DNA from: Thermoanaerobaculia bacterium
Lineage (GTDB): Bacteria > Acidobacteriota > Thermoanaerobaculia > UBA5066
DNA: 64,000 nt
NCBI GenBank assembly: GCA_022071945.1
Contig: JAJVIN010000002.1
Location: 104,941-168,940, forward strand
Direction: 5' to 3'
The position numbers and the translations under genes are program-made. Every line of letters starts with the position of its first letter. Positions within the stretch are counted from its first letter, which is position 1. Shown here one piece after another: positions 18,109 to 28,030 of the stretch. The notes under the pieces were generated by a model. The model did no database searches and was not told the origin of the DNA. It saw only the letters and a program-made list of their open reading frames with translations.

Positions 18109-20142
18109 ATGGGTGTGCTGAAACGTGGCCTCCTGTTTCTGGCCTCGGCGGGAGTCCTGGCGTTTCCCTCGATCGTTCCAACCGACAAGGGGATTCCGCT
18201 GCCGGATACGGGAAAGAGCTCGGCGCCCGCCATCGCTGACGGGTCGAAGCTCTACACGCCGGATCAGGCGGAGTACTACCTGGACGCCGATGCGATCGCC
18301 TACATTCGGCCGGGCCTGAGGCTCGCCATTCTCGGAGTGACGGACTTCGCCCCGGGAAAGAAGCCGACCGTCGAGTTCACGATGACGGACGATTTCGGAA
18401 AGCCGCTCGACAGGCTGGGTGGCGAGACCCCGGGTCCCGTGACCGTCCGGTTCGTCCCCGCCACATGGGATCAGGACACGCGCTCCTACACCGACCTCCT
18501 CGTCGCGGCCTCCACCGGATTCCCGACCCGCGACACGGCCGGCACGTTCCAGACGGTCGAGCTCGGCCGCTACAAGTACACGTTCTCGCTCGCGCTGGCG
18601 AACTTCGACGTGAACAAGCCCGCCACGTTGATGATCGGCGGCCGCCGCACGATGACGGACATCATCGGCAAGGACTACTGGGCGAACAACACGTTCAAGG
18701 ACTTCGTCCCCGCGACGGGCGGAAGCGCGACGACCTGGAACGCGACGACCAACGCCAAGTGCAACAACTGCCACGACCCGCTCGCTCTGCACGGCGGCAA
18801 CTATCGCGACATCAAGACCTGCGAGATGTGCCACAACCCCAACAACATGAAGGGCGCGACCCTCGAGCCGTTCAACGGACAGAAGTTCTGGCACGCGATC
18901 CACTCCTCCAATGACCACGAGATCGGGCACGTCACCTACCCGCAGGATCTGCGCAACTGCGTGAACTGCCACGACTCCACGGCGGCGGGCAGCGACAGCT
19001 GGTACACCCGTCCGACGCGCGCCTCTTGCGGCGGCTGCCACGCGAGCGTCGACTTCGCGGGCGGCACGAACCACCCCGCGCAGCCCGATGACACCAAGTG
19101 CGCCAATTGCCACGCCCCCGAGGGGGATCGGGAGTTCGATGCCTCGATCAAGGGCGCGCACGTCATCCCAGAGAAGTCCAAGCAGCTCAAGGGCCTGAAG
19201 ATGACGATCGTCTCGGTCGCCAACGCCAAGGCGGGCCAGAAGCCGACGATGACGTTCAAGATCACCGACAACGCCGGCAAGGCGATCGACCCCAGCACGA
19301 TGTACGCGCCGGTCGGCTCTCTCGCCCCGATCATGGCCGGTCCCACGGGCGACTACGCCTGGTACAAGCGCGAAGCGGTTTCCGCGACGAACAAGCCGGC
19401 CTTCGACGCCGCGACGGGCAACGCGACCTACACCTTCACGAATGCGATCCCGGCCGACTTCAAGGGCACGCTGGCCTTCTCCGCCGATGCCTACCTGAAC
19501 TCGACGATCAAGCGCGGCGACGGCGAGCCCGACATGACCCTCCGCGAGGCCGCGACGAACCCGATGATGTATGTTGCCGTGACGGGCGACGTCGTCAACC
19601 GGCGAACCTCCGTCACGCTCGCGCAGTGCAACCGCTGCCACGACCGTCTCGCCCTCCACGGCGGCCAGCGCCTCGTCATCGAGGAGTGCGTGATCTGCCA
19701 CAACGCCAACGAGACCGACACGAGCCGCCGGCCGGCCGCCGATGGACCGCCCGAGTCCGTCCAGATGGCCCGCATGATCCACCGCATCCACACCGGCGAG
19801 GAGCTCACCCAGGACTACACGGTCTACGGCTTCTACACGCCGCCGAACCCGCCGAACCCGGTCAACTTCAACGAGATCCTGTATCCGGGAGACCGTCGCA
19901 ACTGCGTGGCCTGCCATACCTCCACCGGATACCAGCCGCCTCTCAATGGTCGCCTGAGCGTCAACACTCAGCGTGACTACTTTGCCCCGCAGGGTCCGTC
20001 CACGGTCGCGTGCCTCGGCTGCCACGACAATCGTGACTCCGCCTCTCACGCGTACCTGATGACGGCCCCCTTTGGCGAGTCCTGCGGCGCCTGCCACGGC
20101 GCGAATTCCGATTGGTCTCCGGCCAAGGTCCACGCCCGGTAA
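18109..20142 (+). CDS. mtrC: Decaheme c-type cytochrome, OmcA/MtrC-family architecture (5+5 hemes separated by non-heme domains)
   Basis: Ten CXXCH motifs: CNNCH, CEMCH, CVNCH, CGGCH, CANCH, then a ~190 aa heme-free segment, then CNRCH, CVICH, CVACH, CLGCH, CGACH. ATG 18109 is preceded by GGAGAGGAGG; signal peptide MGVLKRGLLFLASAGVLAFP. Lies upstream of mtrA/mtrB-like genes. Confidence 0.85.
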   Translation: MGVLKRGLLFLASAGVLAFPSIVPTDKGIPLPDTGKSSAPAIADGSKLYTPDQAEYYLDADAIAYIRPGLRLAILGVTDFAPGKKPTVEFTMTDDFGKPLDRLGGETPGPVTVRFVPATWDQDTRSYTDLLVAASTGFPTRDTAGTFQTVELGRYKYTFSLALANFDVNKPATLMIGGRRTMTDIIGKDYWANNTFKDFVPATGGSATTWNATTNAKCNNCHDPLALHGGNYRDIKTCEMCHNPNNMKGATLEPFNGQKFWHAIHSSNDHEIGHVTYPQDLRNCVNCHDSTAAGSDSWYTRPTRASCGGCHASVDFAGGTNHPAQPDDTKCANCHAPEGDREFDASIKGAHVIPEKSKQLKGLKMTIVSVANAKAGQKPTMTFKITDNAGKAIDPSTMYAPVGSLAPIMAGPTGDYAWYKREAVSATNKPAFDAATGNATYTFTNAIPADFKGTLAFSADAYLNSTIKRGDGEPDMTLREAATNPMMYVAVTGDVVNRRTSVTLAQCNRCHDRLALHGGQRLVIEECVICHNANETDTSRRPAADGPPESVQMARMIHRIHTGEELTQDYTVYGFYTPPNPPNPVNFNEILYPGDRRNCVACHTSTGYQPPLNGRLSVNTQRDYFAPQGPSTVACLGCHDNRDSASHAYLMTAPFGESCGACHGANSDWSPAKVHAR

Positions 20143-20239
20143 CGGTGTTTGTCCCGGTGGAGAGCCAGAACCCTGGCTCTCCACCTTTGTCCGCTCATCC
20201 GGGCGGAGAGACAGGAAACATCCGGCAAGAGAGGGGACT

Positions 20240-21136
20240 ATGAAGATTCGTCTGTGGCTGGCCGTCGGGGCTGCCTGGATCCTGCTCCCGGGGCTGCTTT
20301 TCGCGAACCCGCAGAACACGGGTTCGGCTGAGGCGAGCGGCCCGACGTGCGCCGACTGCCACGAGGAGCAGACCTCGAAGTTCGCGCTGAACCCGCATGC
20401 CCGCAAGGCGTGCGAGTCTCCTTCCGCGCGGGCCGAGATCTGCGCGACGTGCCACGGCGACGGAAAAGCGCACATGGAAGCGGGCGGCGACAAGAGCCTC
20501 ATCAAGACTCTGAGCGGACGCCAGGGTTCCGAGACCTGCGTCTCCTGTCACAAGGAGACGAAGGAACACTACTCCTACAGGCTCGGCGTTCATGCGTCCA
20601 CCGATGCCGTGAACTGCCTGACCTGTCATTCCATTCACAAGGCGGAGAAGAAGAGCAGCAAGCTCCTCGCGAAAAAGGAGCTCGATCTCTGCGCCTCCTG
20701 CCATTCCAACGTGGCGGCCAGCTTCAAGGACAAGCCGTACAAGCACCACCTCGGCCGCAACGTCATCGAGTGCAGCTCGTGCCACGAGCCCCACGGCCGC
20801 GCGGGCAAGGACATGATGAAGATCAACCGCGCGGACGAGTCTCCGTGCGTGAGCTGCCACACCGACAAGCGCGGGCCGCACGTCTTTCCGCACCTGGCCT
20901 CCGGGACGGGAACGTGCCAGAGCTGTCACGAACCCCACGGTTCGAACTATCCGCACCAGCTGACCCGGGCGTCCGTCGACAAGTTGTGCCTCGAGTGCCA
21001 TTCGCCGTTTGGCACGGGTTCCCTCGGTTCCCAGCCCGTCGCCACGCACAACCTCCTCCTCCCGAGGTGGCGGAATTGCACGACGTGCCACACCGCCATC
21101 CACGGTTCCAACCGTTCGCCGAAGCTGTTGAAGTAG
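20240..21136 (+). CDS. mtrA: Periplasmic decaheme c-type cytochrome, DmsE/MtrA family
   Basis: 298 aa with ten CXXCH motifs evenly spaced. Signal peptide MKIRLWLAVGAAWILLPGLLFA at ATG 20240. The upstream extension of the track ORF was rejected. Confidence 0.88.
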   Translation: MKIRLWLAVGAAWILLPGLLFANPQNTGSAEASGPTCADCHEEQTSKFALNPHARKACESPSARAEICATCHGDGKAHMEAGGDKSLIKTLSGRQGSETCVSCHKETKEHYSYRLGVHASTDAVNCLTCHSIHKAEKKSSKLLAKKELDLCASCHSNVAASFKDKPYKHHLGRNVIECSSCHEPHGRAGKDMMKINRADESPCVSCHTDKRGPHVFPHLASGTGTCQSCHEPHGSNYPHQLTRASVDKLCLECHSPFGTGSLGSQPVATHNLLLPRWRNCTTCHTAIHGSNRSPKLLK

Positions 21137-21146
21137 GAGCCGCGCC

Positions 21147-23096
21147 ATGAGAAGAACACGGCTTTCGCTCTCTCTCGCGTCCCTCCTCCTTGCTTCAGCG
21201 GTCCAGGCACAGGTCGTCACCGATGTCGAGGTCGGCTACCGCTTCGTCGACGTGAAGGGCAACGAGGACATGTACCGCACGCAGGTCGGCGAGCGGGAAG
21301 GCTTCCTCCTTCGCGGGCTGACCCTGCAGACCGCCGACTTCGGCGGCAAGCTCCAGTTCATCGATCAATTCCGGCTCGACGTCGCCGACATCGGCGCCGG
21401 CCCGGCCGGGATGATCCGCCTGGAGGCGGTCCGCGAGGGCACCTACAGGCTCCGCTTCAACTATCGCCACAGCGAGCACACGAGCTTCTTGCCCGAGTTC
21501 GCGAATCCGTTCCTCGGCCAGGGCATCATCCCCGGCCAGCACACATGGGAACGTGACCGCGATGTCTACGACGTCGAGGTCGAAATCCTCCCGGGCAAGG
21601 CCGTCACGCCCATCCTCGGCTACACGTATTCCCAGTACCGCGGACCCGGGGCGACCACCTATCACTTCTCCCAAGACGAGTTCCGCCTGACCGAAAAGCT
21701 GGACGACAAGGAACAAGAGTTCCGGGCCGGTCTCGCGTTCAACGCGGGACCCGTGAACGGGCACTTCATCCAGGGTTGGCGCAAGTACGACAGCAACACG
21801 GAGCTGACGCTTGCTCCCGGCGGCAACAACGGCAACAACAGCATCACCGTTCTCGACAAGGATGTCTCCGTCACGGACCTCACGCGGACGATGAGCTACG
21901 AGAGCACGGCTCCCGTCACCAATGCCGTCGTGAACTTCCGGCTGTTCGAATCCTGGCGGCTCGTCGGCCTTTACGTGAGGGCCAAGGACGATCTGGATTC
22001 CAACTTGAGCGAGGCGTCGGCGGGCAATCTCGTCTCCTTTGCCATCGACCGCTACGCGAAGGGCTGGAGGGAGTCCAGCAGCGCAAACGCCATCAACACC
22101 TACTGGCGGGGCGCCGGCCGTCTCGAGGGCAACATTCTCAATGTGGTCGACGTCTCCGCTGGCTTTGCCCGCAGGGAAAACACCCTGGAGGGAACGGCCC
22201 TCATCGATAGTCTCTTCTCGGGCACCACGACGTTCACCAACGTCGATCCCAAGGACATCCGCGTCATCATCGATGCCAAGACGGGCGTCGAGAAGACCGA
22301 GGACACCTGGGACGTGCAGGCATCGGCCCGCCACCTCGGTCCCGTCGGGATTCGCGTGGGGTATTCCCAGTCCAATCAGGATCTCAAGGTCTCCGAGGAC
22401 GTCTCCGAGATCGTGATCCCGGGAGGCCAGTCTGGCCAGTACGAGCGCAAGATCGACCGGTTCGACGCGGCGCTCAGCTTTGCCATGGCCGGGTTCTCGT
22501 TCACGGGAGCTTACAAGCACGAGTCGGCCGACGAGCCGGTCATGAGGACCGACTTTCTCGACAAGGACACCTTCTCCCTCAGGGCGAGCTACCGGTTCAA
22601 GGAGCTCCTGGACCTCTACGGCGTCTACCGGGACACCCAGATCGAGAACGACCGGACAGGCTACGCCTACGATGCTTCGATGCGGGATTGGCGCCTCGGC
22701 TTCTCGGTCTCTCCGATCAAGCAGCTGACCCTCGGTTTCAACTACGGACAGTCCGACGGCGACACCTCCATTCCCTACAAGGTTCCCTACACCTTCGACA
22801 ACCCGGATCCCACCAATCTCTCCTATCAGGAAGAGAGCGGCCGGTCGTGGGAAGCCTCTCTGACGGGGCATCTGAAGCCCGTCACGCTCGAGGCTGGCTA
22901 CGGCTGGTACGAGAACACCGGAACGTACGCGCTGAAGCTGCAGCGGGCTCGCATCATGGCCGACATCGACATCACGAAGTTGTTCGGCGTGGCCGGAGAG
23001 TGGTGCTGGGACAAGTACGAGGAGAAGTACGCTCAACCGGTCTACGGGAACTACGAGGCGAACCGCATCGGCGTCTTCCTCAGGATCCATCAATAG
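21147..23096 (+). CDS. mtrB: Outer-membrane beta-barrel porin, MtrB/PioB-like (decaheme-associated)
   Basis: 649 aa. Signal peptide MRRTRLSLSLASLLLASAVQAQ. Alternating beta-strand pattern rich in Y/G/D/N throughout. Starts 11 nt after the mtrA-like stop. Confidence 0.75.
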   Translation: MRRTRLSLSLASLLLASAVQAQVVTDVEVGYRFVDVKGNEDMYRTQVGEREGFLLRGLTLQTADFGGKLQFIDQFRLDVADIGAGPAGMIRLEAVREGTYRLRFNYRHSEHTSFLPEFANPFLGQGIIPGQHTWERDRDVYDVEVEILPGKAVTPILGYTYSQYRGPGATTYHFSQDEFRLTEKLDDKEQEFRAGLAFNAGPVNGHFIQGWRKYDSNTELTLAPGGNNGNNSITVLDKDVSVTDLTRTMSYESTAPVTNAVVNFRLFESWRLVGLYVRAKDDLDSNLSEASAGNLVSFAIDRYAKGWRESSSANAINTYWRGAGRLEGNILNVVDVSAGFARRENTLEGTALIDSLFSGTTTFTNVDPKDIRVIIDAKTGVEKTEDTWDVQASARHLGPVGIRVGYSQSNQDLKVSEDVSEIVIPGGQSGQYERKIDRFDAALSFAMAGFSFTGAYKHESADEPVMRTDFLDKDTFSLRASYRFKELLDLYGVYRDTQIENDRTGYAYDASMRDWRLGFSVSPIKQLTLGFNYGQSDGDTSIPYKVPYTFDNPDPTNLSYQEESGRSWEASLTGHLKPVTLEAGYGWYENTGTYALKLQRARIMADIDITKLFGVAGEWCWDKYEEKYAQPVYGNYEANRIGVFLRIHQ

Positions 23097-23135
23097 TTTG
23101 ACTTGGGCCCCCGAGGGCTCCAAACTTCCTCTTCG

Positions 23136-23171
23136 AACCCGGCGCGCCGCGCCGGGTTCTTCATCTCTTCC
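23136..23171 (+). terminator. Terminator hairpin after mtrB-like gene
   Basis: Near-perfect palindrome AACCCGGCGCG c CGCGCCGGGTT (23136-23158), followed by CTTCATCTCTTCC. Confidence 0.6.
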
Positions 23172-23203
23172 GGGTCGATCCGGAGGCGGTCACGGGGGCC
23201 AGA

Positions 23204-24859
23204 ATGGGTCTGATATCAGTCGAGCTTCCCTGGGGAGCCAATGAGGTTCTGGAAGAAACGCCGGTGAGCGAGGTGCTCTTTTCCGGTCCGGTCCAGAGCC
23301 AGGAGATCATCGCGGCAAAGGTCAACAGCCGCCTCGTCGGCCTCGACTTCAAGCTCGAGGGGCCCTGCCGCGTCGAACCCGTGGAAACAGATTCCGTCGA
23401 GGGCGAGGAAGTTGCCCGCCGGACGGCCGCGCTCCTGTTCCACTCGATAGCCCGAAAACTCTACCCGAAGCTCCGCCTTCAGGTCGGGCAGAGCCTCCGG
23501 GGCGGCTATCACTATTCGATCTCGGGCAATGGCGTCGACCTGACGGACATGGCCGCCGCCCTCAACCAGAGGTTCCAGCAAGAGGCGGAAGCCGGACGGC
23601 AGATCGTTCGCCGAGACGTGAGCCTGGAGGCTGCCCAGGCCCTCTTCGCCCAGACCGATCCCGAGAAGGTCCGGATCCTCAGGGTCTGGTCGAACCCTCG
23701 CGTCCCCCTCGTCAGCTGCATGGACTTCGTCGACATCCGGTACGGTCCGTACGCCCTCAACTCCCGGTGCGCCCGCCGTTTCCGGATCGAGGCATTCCCG
23801 CCCGGGCTCATCCTGGTTTTCGAGGGGCAGCGCGGCTTCAGCCCGTCAGGGGCCGAGGGGGGATCCGTCCTCTTCCGTGCCTACCAGGAGACCCGTGAGT
23901 GGAACGACCGGATCGGCGTCAGCACGGTCTCGGACCTGAATGATCTCTGTCTGAAAGACCAGATCAAGCAGGTCATCAAGATCGCCGAGGGGCAGCACGA
24001 GAAGAAGATCGCTCAGCTCGCGGACCGGATCTCCGACCCCAAGCAGGGGATCCGGGTCGTCTGTGTCGCGGGACCCTCGTCAGCGGGGAAGACCACCTTC
24101 ACGAAGAGGCTCTCGATCCAGCTCCTCGTGAACGGCGTCAACCCGCAGACCCTCAGCCTGGACGACTACTACGTCGATCGCGAAAAGACGCCCCTGGACG
24201 AATCCGGTGATCTCGATTTCGAGGCCCTCGAGGCGATCGATCTGCCTCTTTTCTGGGAACACCTCAAGCTCCTCGTGGAGGGCAAGCCGGTCAGGACCCC
24301 GGTCTACGACTTCAAGACGGGCCTGAGGCGTCCGGAATCCGAGTGGCGGCAGCGCCGTCTCGACCCGCACGACGTCCTCGTGATCGAGGGGATCCACGGG
24401 CTCAACCCGGCGTTGACGCAGAGTGTTCCCGACTCCTTGATCTTCAAGATCTTCATCAACGCCCTGACCCAGCTCTGCATCGACTCGTACAACCGGATCC
24501 GGACCAGCGACACCCGGCTTCTGAGGCGCATCGTGAGGGACCGCCTCTACCGCAACTACTCCGCGGCCGAGACGATCCTGCGCTGGCCCAAGGTTAGGGC
24601 CGGGGAAGAGAAGCACATCTTCCCGTTCCAGGAACGGTGCGACGCGATGTTCAACTCCGCGCTCACCTACGAAGCCTCGGTCATCAAGAACTTCGCCCAG
24701 AGATACCTTCTCGAGATCCCGCCCGATTCGGCGGCGCAAGCGAGAGGTCACCACCTCCTAAGGTTCCTCGATCTCTTCGTTCCCGTCTGGCCCAACGATG
24801 TCCCGGCGACGAGCATCCTCCGGGAGTTCATCGGCGGCAGCGGGTTCTCGTACAAGTAG
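23204..24859 (+). CDS. Uridine/nucleoside kinase (PRK family) protein with N-terminal TGS/ThrRS-like domains
   Basis: P-loop VAGPSSAGKTTF, LSLDDYY, VLVIEGIHGLNP. The N-terminal ~250 aa resemble the TGS plus editing-like region. Confidence 0.75.
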   Translation: MGLISVELPWGANEVLEETPVSEVLFSGPVQSQEIIAAKVNSRLVGLDFKLEGPCRVEPVETDSVEGEEVARRTAALLFHSIARKLYPKLRLQVGQSLRGGYHYSISGNGVDLTDMAAALNQRFQQEAEAGRQIVRRDVSLEAAQALFAQTDPEKVRILRVWSNPRVPLVSCMDFVDIRYGPYALNSRCARRFRIEAFPPGLILVFEGQRGFSPSGAEGGSVLFRAYQETREWNDRIGVSTVSDLNDLCLKDQIKQVIKIAEGQHEKKIAQLADRISDPKQGIRVVCVAGPSSAGKTTFTKRLSIQLLVNGVNPQTLSLDDYYVDREKTPLDESGDLDFEALEAIDLPLFWEHLKLLVEGKPVRTPVYDFKTGLRRPESEWRQRRLDPHDVLVIEGIHGLNPALTQSVPDSLIFKIFINALTQLCIDSYNRIRTSDTRLLRRIVRDRLYRNYSAAETILRWPKVRAGEEKHIFPFQERCDAMFNSALTYEASVIKNFAQRYLLEIPPDSAAQARGHHLLRFLDLFVPVWPNDVPATSILREFIGGSGFSYK

Positions 24860-24882
24860 GCGCGTCGGGATCCAGCCGATCC

Positions 24883-24919
24883 TTCGGGAAAAGAAACGCC
24901 CCGGCTCCTGCCGGGGCGT
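24883..24919 (-). terminator. Rho-independent terminator of the SOD gene (hairpin shared with the convergent kinase gene)
   Basis: 10-bp stem ACGCCCCGGC tcct GCCGGGGCGT (24896-24919). On the minus strand it is followed by TTCTTTTCC. Confidence 0.75.
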
Positions 24920-24945
24920 CTGGGCTACAGAGCAGTGAAGGGCGG

Positions 24946-25524
24946 CTACTTCAGCCGGGTTTCGGCCACGTCCCAGTTGACGTTCTTCCAGAACGCGGCG
25001 ATGTAGTCGGCGCGCTTGAGGCCGTAGTCGAGCATGAAGGCGTGCTCGAAGACGTCCATGATGAGCACCGGATTGCAGCCCGCGAAGTGTCCCGCATCGT
25101 GCTCGTTGATCCAGGTGTTGAAGAACCGGCCGGAGGCGAGGTCCTGATAGAGAACGACCCAGCCGATTCCGCGCATCGCGCCCGTGGCCCGAAAGTCCTT
25201 CTCCCACGCCTCGACACTGCCGAACTGCGCCACCAGGGCCTTGGCGAGCGGGCCATCGGGGTTGAGGGGCTTGCTGCCTCCGAGGTTGTCGAAGTAGTAC
25301 TCGTGCAGCCGCATCCCGTTGAATTCCCAGCCGAAACGTCTCTTCAGCTCGGCGAACTCCGCGTCGCCCTGCTTGCCGTCGGCCAGAAGCGCCGCCATCT
25401 TGTCGATGAGCTTGTTCGAGTTCGTGACATAGCCCTGATAGAGCGTGAAGTGATTCTTCAGGAGAGTCTCGCTGAAGCCTTCCATTCCGATCAGATGCGA
25501 GTAGTCCTTTGCGGTGTACGCCAT
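24946..25524 (-). CDS. Fe/Mn-family superoxide dismutase
   Basis: ATG 25524 (MAYTAKDY) with AGGAGA upstream. Metal-ligand contexts NHFTLYQGY, LHEYYF, DVFEHAFMLDY. Confidence 0.85.
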   Translation of the reverse strand: MAYTAKDYSHLIGMEGFSETLLKNHFTLYQGYVTNSNKLIDKMAALLADGKQGDAEFAELKRRFGWEFNGMRLHEYYFDNLGGSKPLNPDGPLAKALVAQFGSVEAWEKDFRATGAMRGIGWVVLYQDLASGRFFNTWINEHDAGHFAGCNPVLIMDVFEHAFMLDYGLKRADYIAAFWKNVNWDVAETRLK

Positions 25525-25580
25525 AAGTCTCCTTTCGAGAAGCTTCCGATGCGGCTCCAGGCCGTTCCGCGGCTCCAAGC

Positions 25581-25611
25581 GCGGGGCCGGGCCGAAATGA
25601 TCCGGCCCCGC
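25581..25611 (-). terminator. Possible terminator hairpin after ccmF
   Basis: 10-bp stem GCGGGGCCGG / CCGGCCCCGC with an 11-nt loop, immediately after the ccmF stop. No clear U-tract. Confidence 0.4.
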
Positions 25612-25617
25612 CGCTCC

Positions 25618-27996
25618 CTAGGCCAGCGACGCCCTGTTGGCGTCCTGCATTCTACGGAACAAGGCCAGGATTCCACCTGCCATCATGATGTAAAAGCCGG
25701 TCCAGACCAGAGAAATCAGGGGTTTCCGCGTGACATCGACCGAGAACGATTCGGGCGTGGCGGGCTTCAGATCAGACCCCGGGTTGAGCCCGAGAACCTC
25801 GATCTCGATCACTCCTTCGCTCGCCGCCGTCTTTCGAATTCTAAACCGTCCCTCGGTCCCCGGGATCGCGACGTCGTCGGCCTGCGTTCCCCCTGGTCCC
25901 GACGCGCCGATGAGGGTGACGAAGCGGGCCTCGAGCTCCGCGGGCCCCGCCCCCGCGCTCACCAGAAGTCGCGCGGTCACCGTGACTCGGGGAGTGGCGG
26001 ATTCGACCTGCGACTTGTCGGCGCTGAAGTCGATGAACTTGAAGGTGACCCCGTCAACCGTCTTGGCGATGCCCTTTTCGAGCTTCAGGACCGTTCCTTC
26101 CTGCCGCGCGGGCGATCCGGGATCGTAAGACTGGGGCGAGAGGTACAGGTCCATCAGCGGCGTCGAGCGGACATCGGGATTCGCCATCAACTGCTGCGTC
26201 CGCTCGTTCTGGTACATCTTCGGGTAGGCCTTCCAGACCTTGCCCGTTCCGGACTTGACCTCCACCTCCATCGCTTGCTTTGCCCTCCGGTCCGGCAGCA
26301 AGGCGGGATTCAGCTGATTGAACTGCTTGACTTCTCCGTCCTCGTTGACGAAGACCGTCCGGGTGAACGTCATCGTCGAGGTGCCGACCTGGATCGGCTG
26401 TCCCTTCGGGAGCGTGACCTGCGCCTTTTCCTCGTAGACACCCGAGATGAGGATGCCGGCGATCATGATCGACGTCCCGGCGTGCGAAAGGTACCCGCCC
26501 ATCGACCGGATCGCCCTGCGGCGAACGTAGAGGACGATCGCCTCGGCGGAGGCGGCGAGGCCCACGGCCGAAAGCCCGATGATGAGGAGGTCCATCGGCT
26601 TGCGGACGCCCGCCGCGAAGGCGAGCCCGAAGCCGCAGAGCCCGATCAGAAGAGAGAAGACCGACTTTTTCAGGAGCGATCCGGGTGCCTCTCCACGCCA
26701 GGTGATGAACGGAACGAGCGAGATCAGAAGCACCATGATGGCCGCCACCGGTGTGTGGGTGACGTTGTAGAAACTCGTGGCGACCTGTGACGCCTTGCCG
26801 AACATCCGGGTGAGGATCGGGGCCGACGTGCCCAGCAGGATGACGATTCCCGAGGCGCAGAAGAGCGTCACGGAAAGAATGAAGAGGACGGAGCGCGAGA
26901 GGAAAGGCTCCTCTTTTTCCTTGCCCGTCTCTGGATCGATCACCGGCTCCTTCGGGATCTCTCGCCAGCGGTAAGCCAGGAGACCGAGGCCGCCGAAGAA
27001 GAAGACTCCGATGATGGCGACGAGCCAGCCCGTGATGCCGAGGTCGACGAAGGAATGGACCGAGAAGTCGGCCAGGACCCCTGACCTCGTCAAGAAGGTA
27101 CCATAGAGGATGCAACAGAACGCGAGTATGGCCAGGATCAGGTTGATCTTCCTGTGCTTCTCGCGGTTCTTCTGCAGGAACATCCCGTGGACGAGGGCAA
27201 CCGTCGCGAGCCAGGGGACGAGAGATGTGTTCTCCACGGGGTCCCAGGCCCAGTAGCCGCCCCAGCCGAGCGTCTTGTAGGCCCAGTACCCTCCCATCAG
27301 GATCGCCGTCCCGAGCGTCACCATGCTGAAAAGAGCCCACGGCATCGCCCGGACGACCCAGCCATCCCACCGCTTGGACCACAGAGCCCCGATCGCGAAG
27401 GCAAACGGGACGGAGAGTGACGCGAATCCCGCGAACATCACCGGCGGGTGGATGACCATCCAGGGGTCCTGCAGGAGCGGATTCAGTCCTTGCCCGTCGG
27501 GCGGGACCTCGGCCAGAAACCGGAAGGGCGGCTGCTTTGCCAGGATCGCGACGATGCCGAGAAACGACAGGACGTAGATGATCATCACCTGCGGTTCCTG
27601 CTCGCGCGCGGTCTGGATCACGGCGAAGCCAATCAGGCCGCCGAAGAAGAGCCACAAGAGAAATGAGCCCTCCTGCCCAGCCCAGAACGTCGAGAAGAGA
27701 TAGTTGAGGGGCAGGTCGAGTCCCGAGTAAGAGGCGACGTAGGAGATCCGGAAGTCGTGAGAGAGAAGCACTCTCAGGAGGAGGGCGCTCGCCACGAAGA
27801 TCCCGCCGGCGAAGGCCAGGTAGAGGGATCGGGCGAAGCGGATCTGGTCGCCGTACTCGGCCGCTCGCCTCTCGGGGGCGGAGGCCGGGGCCAGCCGGAG
27901 CGCCCGGTAGTAGGCCAGGCACGTCGCGATTCCCGCCACGAGGGAGAACCAGATGGCAAGAGTTCCAGGGGCGAATCCAATCTGTTGCGGGTTCAT
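25618..27996 (-). CDS. ccmF: Cytochrome c-type biogenesis protein CcmF (heme lyase), long form
   Basis: 792 aa from ATG 27996 (MNPQQIGFAPGTLAIW). WAYKTLGWGGYWAWDPVEN tryptophan-rich motif. Many TM helices. The upstream 68 codons of the track ORF were rejected as Arg/Ser-rich junk. Confidence 0.9.
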   Translation of the reverse strand: MNPQQIGFAPGTLAIWFSLVAGIATCLAYYRALRLAPASAPERRAAEYGDQIRFARSLYLAFAGGIFVASALLLRVLLSHDFRISYVASYSGLDLPLNYLFSTFWAGQEGSFLLWLFFGGLIGFAVIQTAREQEPQVMIIYVLSFLGIVAILAKQPPFRFLAEVPPDGQGLNPLLQDPWMVIHPPVMFAGFASLSVPFAFAIGALWSKRWDGWVVRAMPWALFSMVTLGTAILMGGYWAYKTLGWGGYWAWDPVENTSLVPWLATVALVHGMFLQKNREKHRKINLILAILAFCCILYGTFLTRSGVLADFSVHSFVDLGITGWLVAIIGVFFFGGLGLLAYRWREIPKEPVIDPETGKEKEEPFLSRSVLFILSVTLFCASGIVILLGTSAPILTRMFGKASQVATSFYNVTHTPVAAIMVLLISLVPFITWRGEAPGSLLKKSVFSLLIGLCGFGLAFAAGVRKPMDLLIIGLSAVGLAASAEAIVLYVRRRAIRSMGGYLSHAGTSIMIAGILISGVYEEKAQVTLPKGQPIQVGTSTMTFTRTVFVNEDGEVKQFNQLNPALLPDRRAKQAMEVEVKSGTGKVWKAYPKMYQNERTQQLMANPDVRSTPLMDLYLSPQSYDPGSPARQEGTVLKLEKGIAKTVDGVTFKFIDFSADKSQVESATPRVTVTARLLVSAGAGPAELEARFVTLIGASGPGGTQADDVAIPGTEGRFRIRKTAASEGVIEIEVLGLNPGSDLKPATPESFSVDVTRKPLISLVWTGFYIMMAGGILALFRRMQDANRASLA

Positions 27997-28030
27997 CGGG
28001 CCTCGCTTTCTCGGGTGCGCAAAAGGCGGC

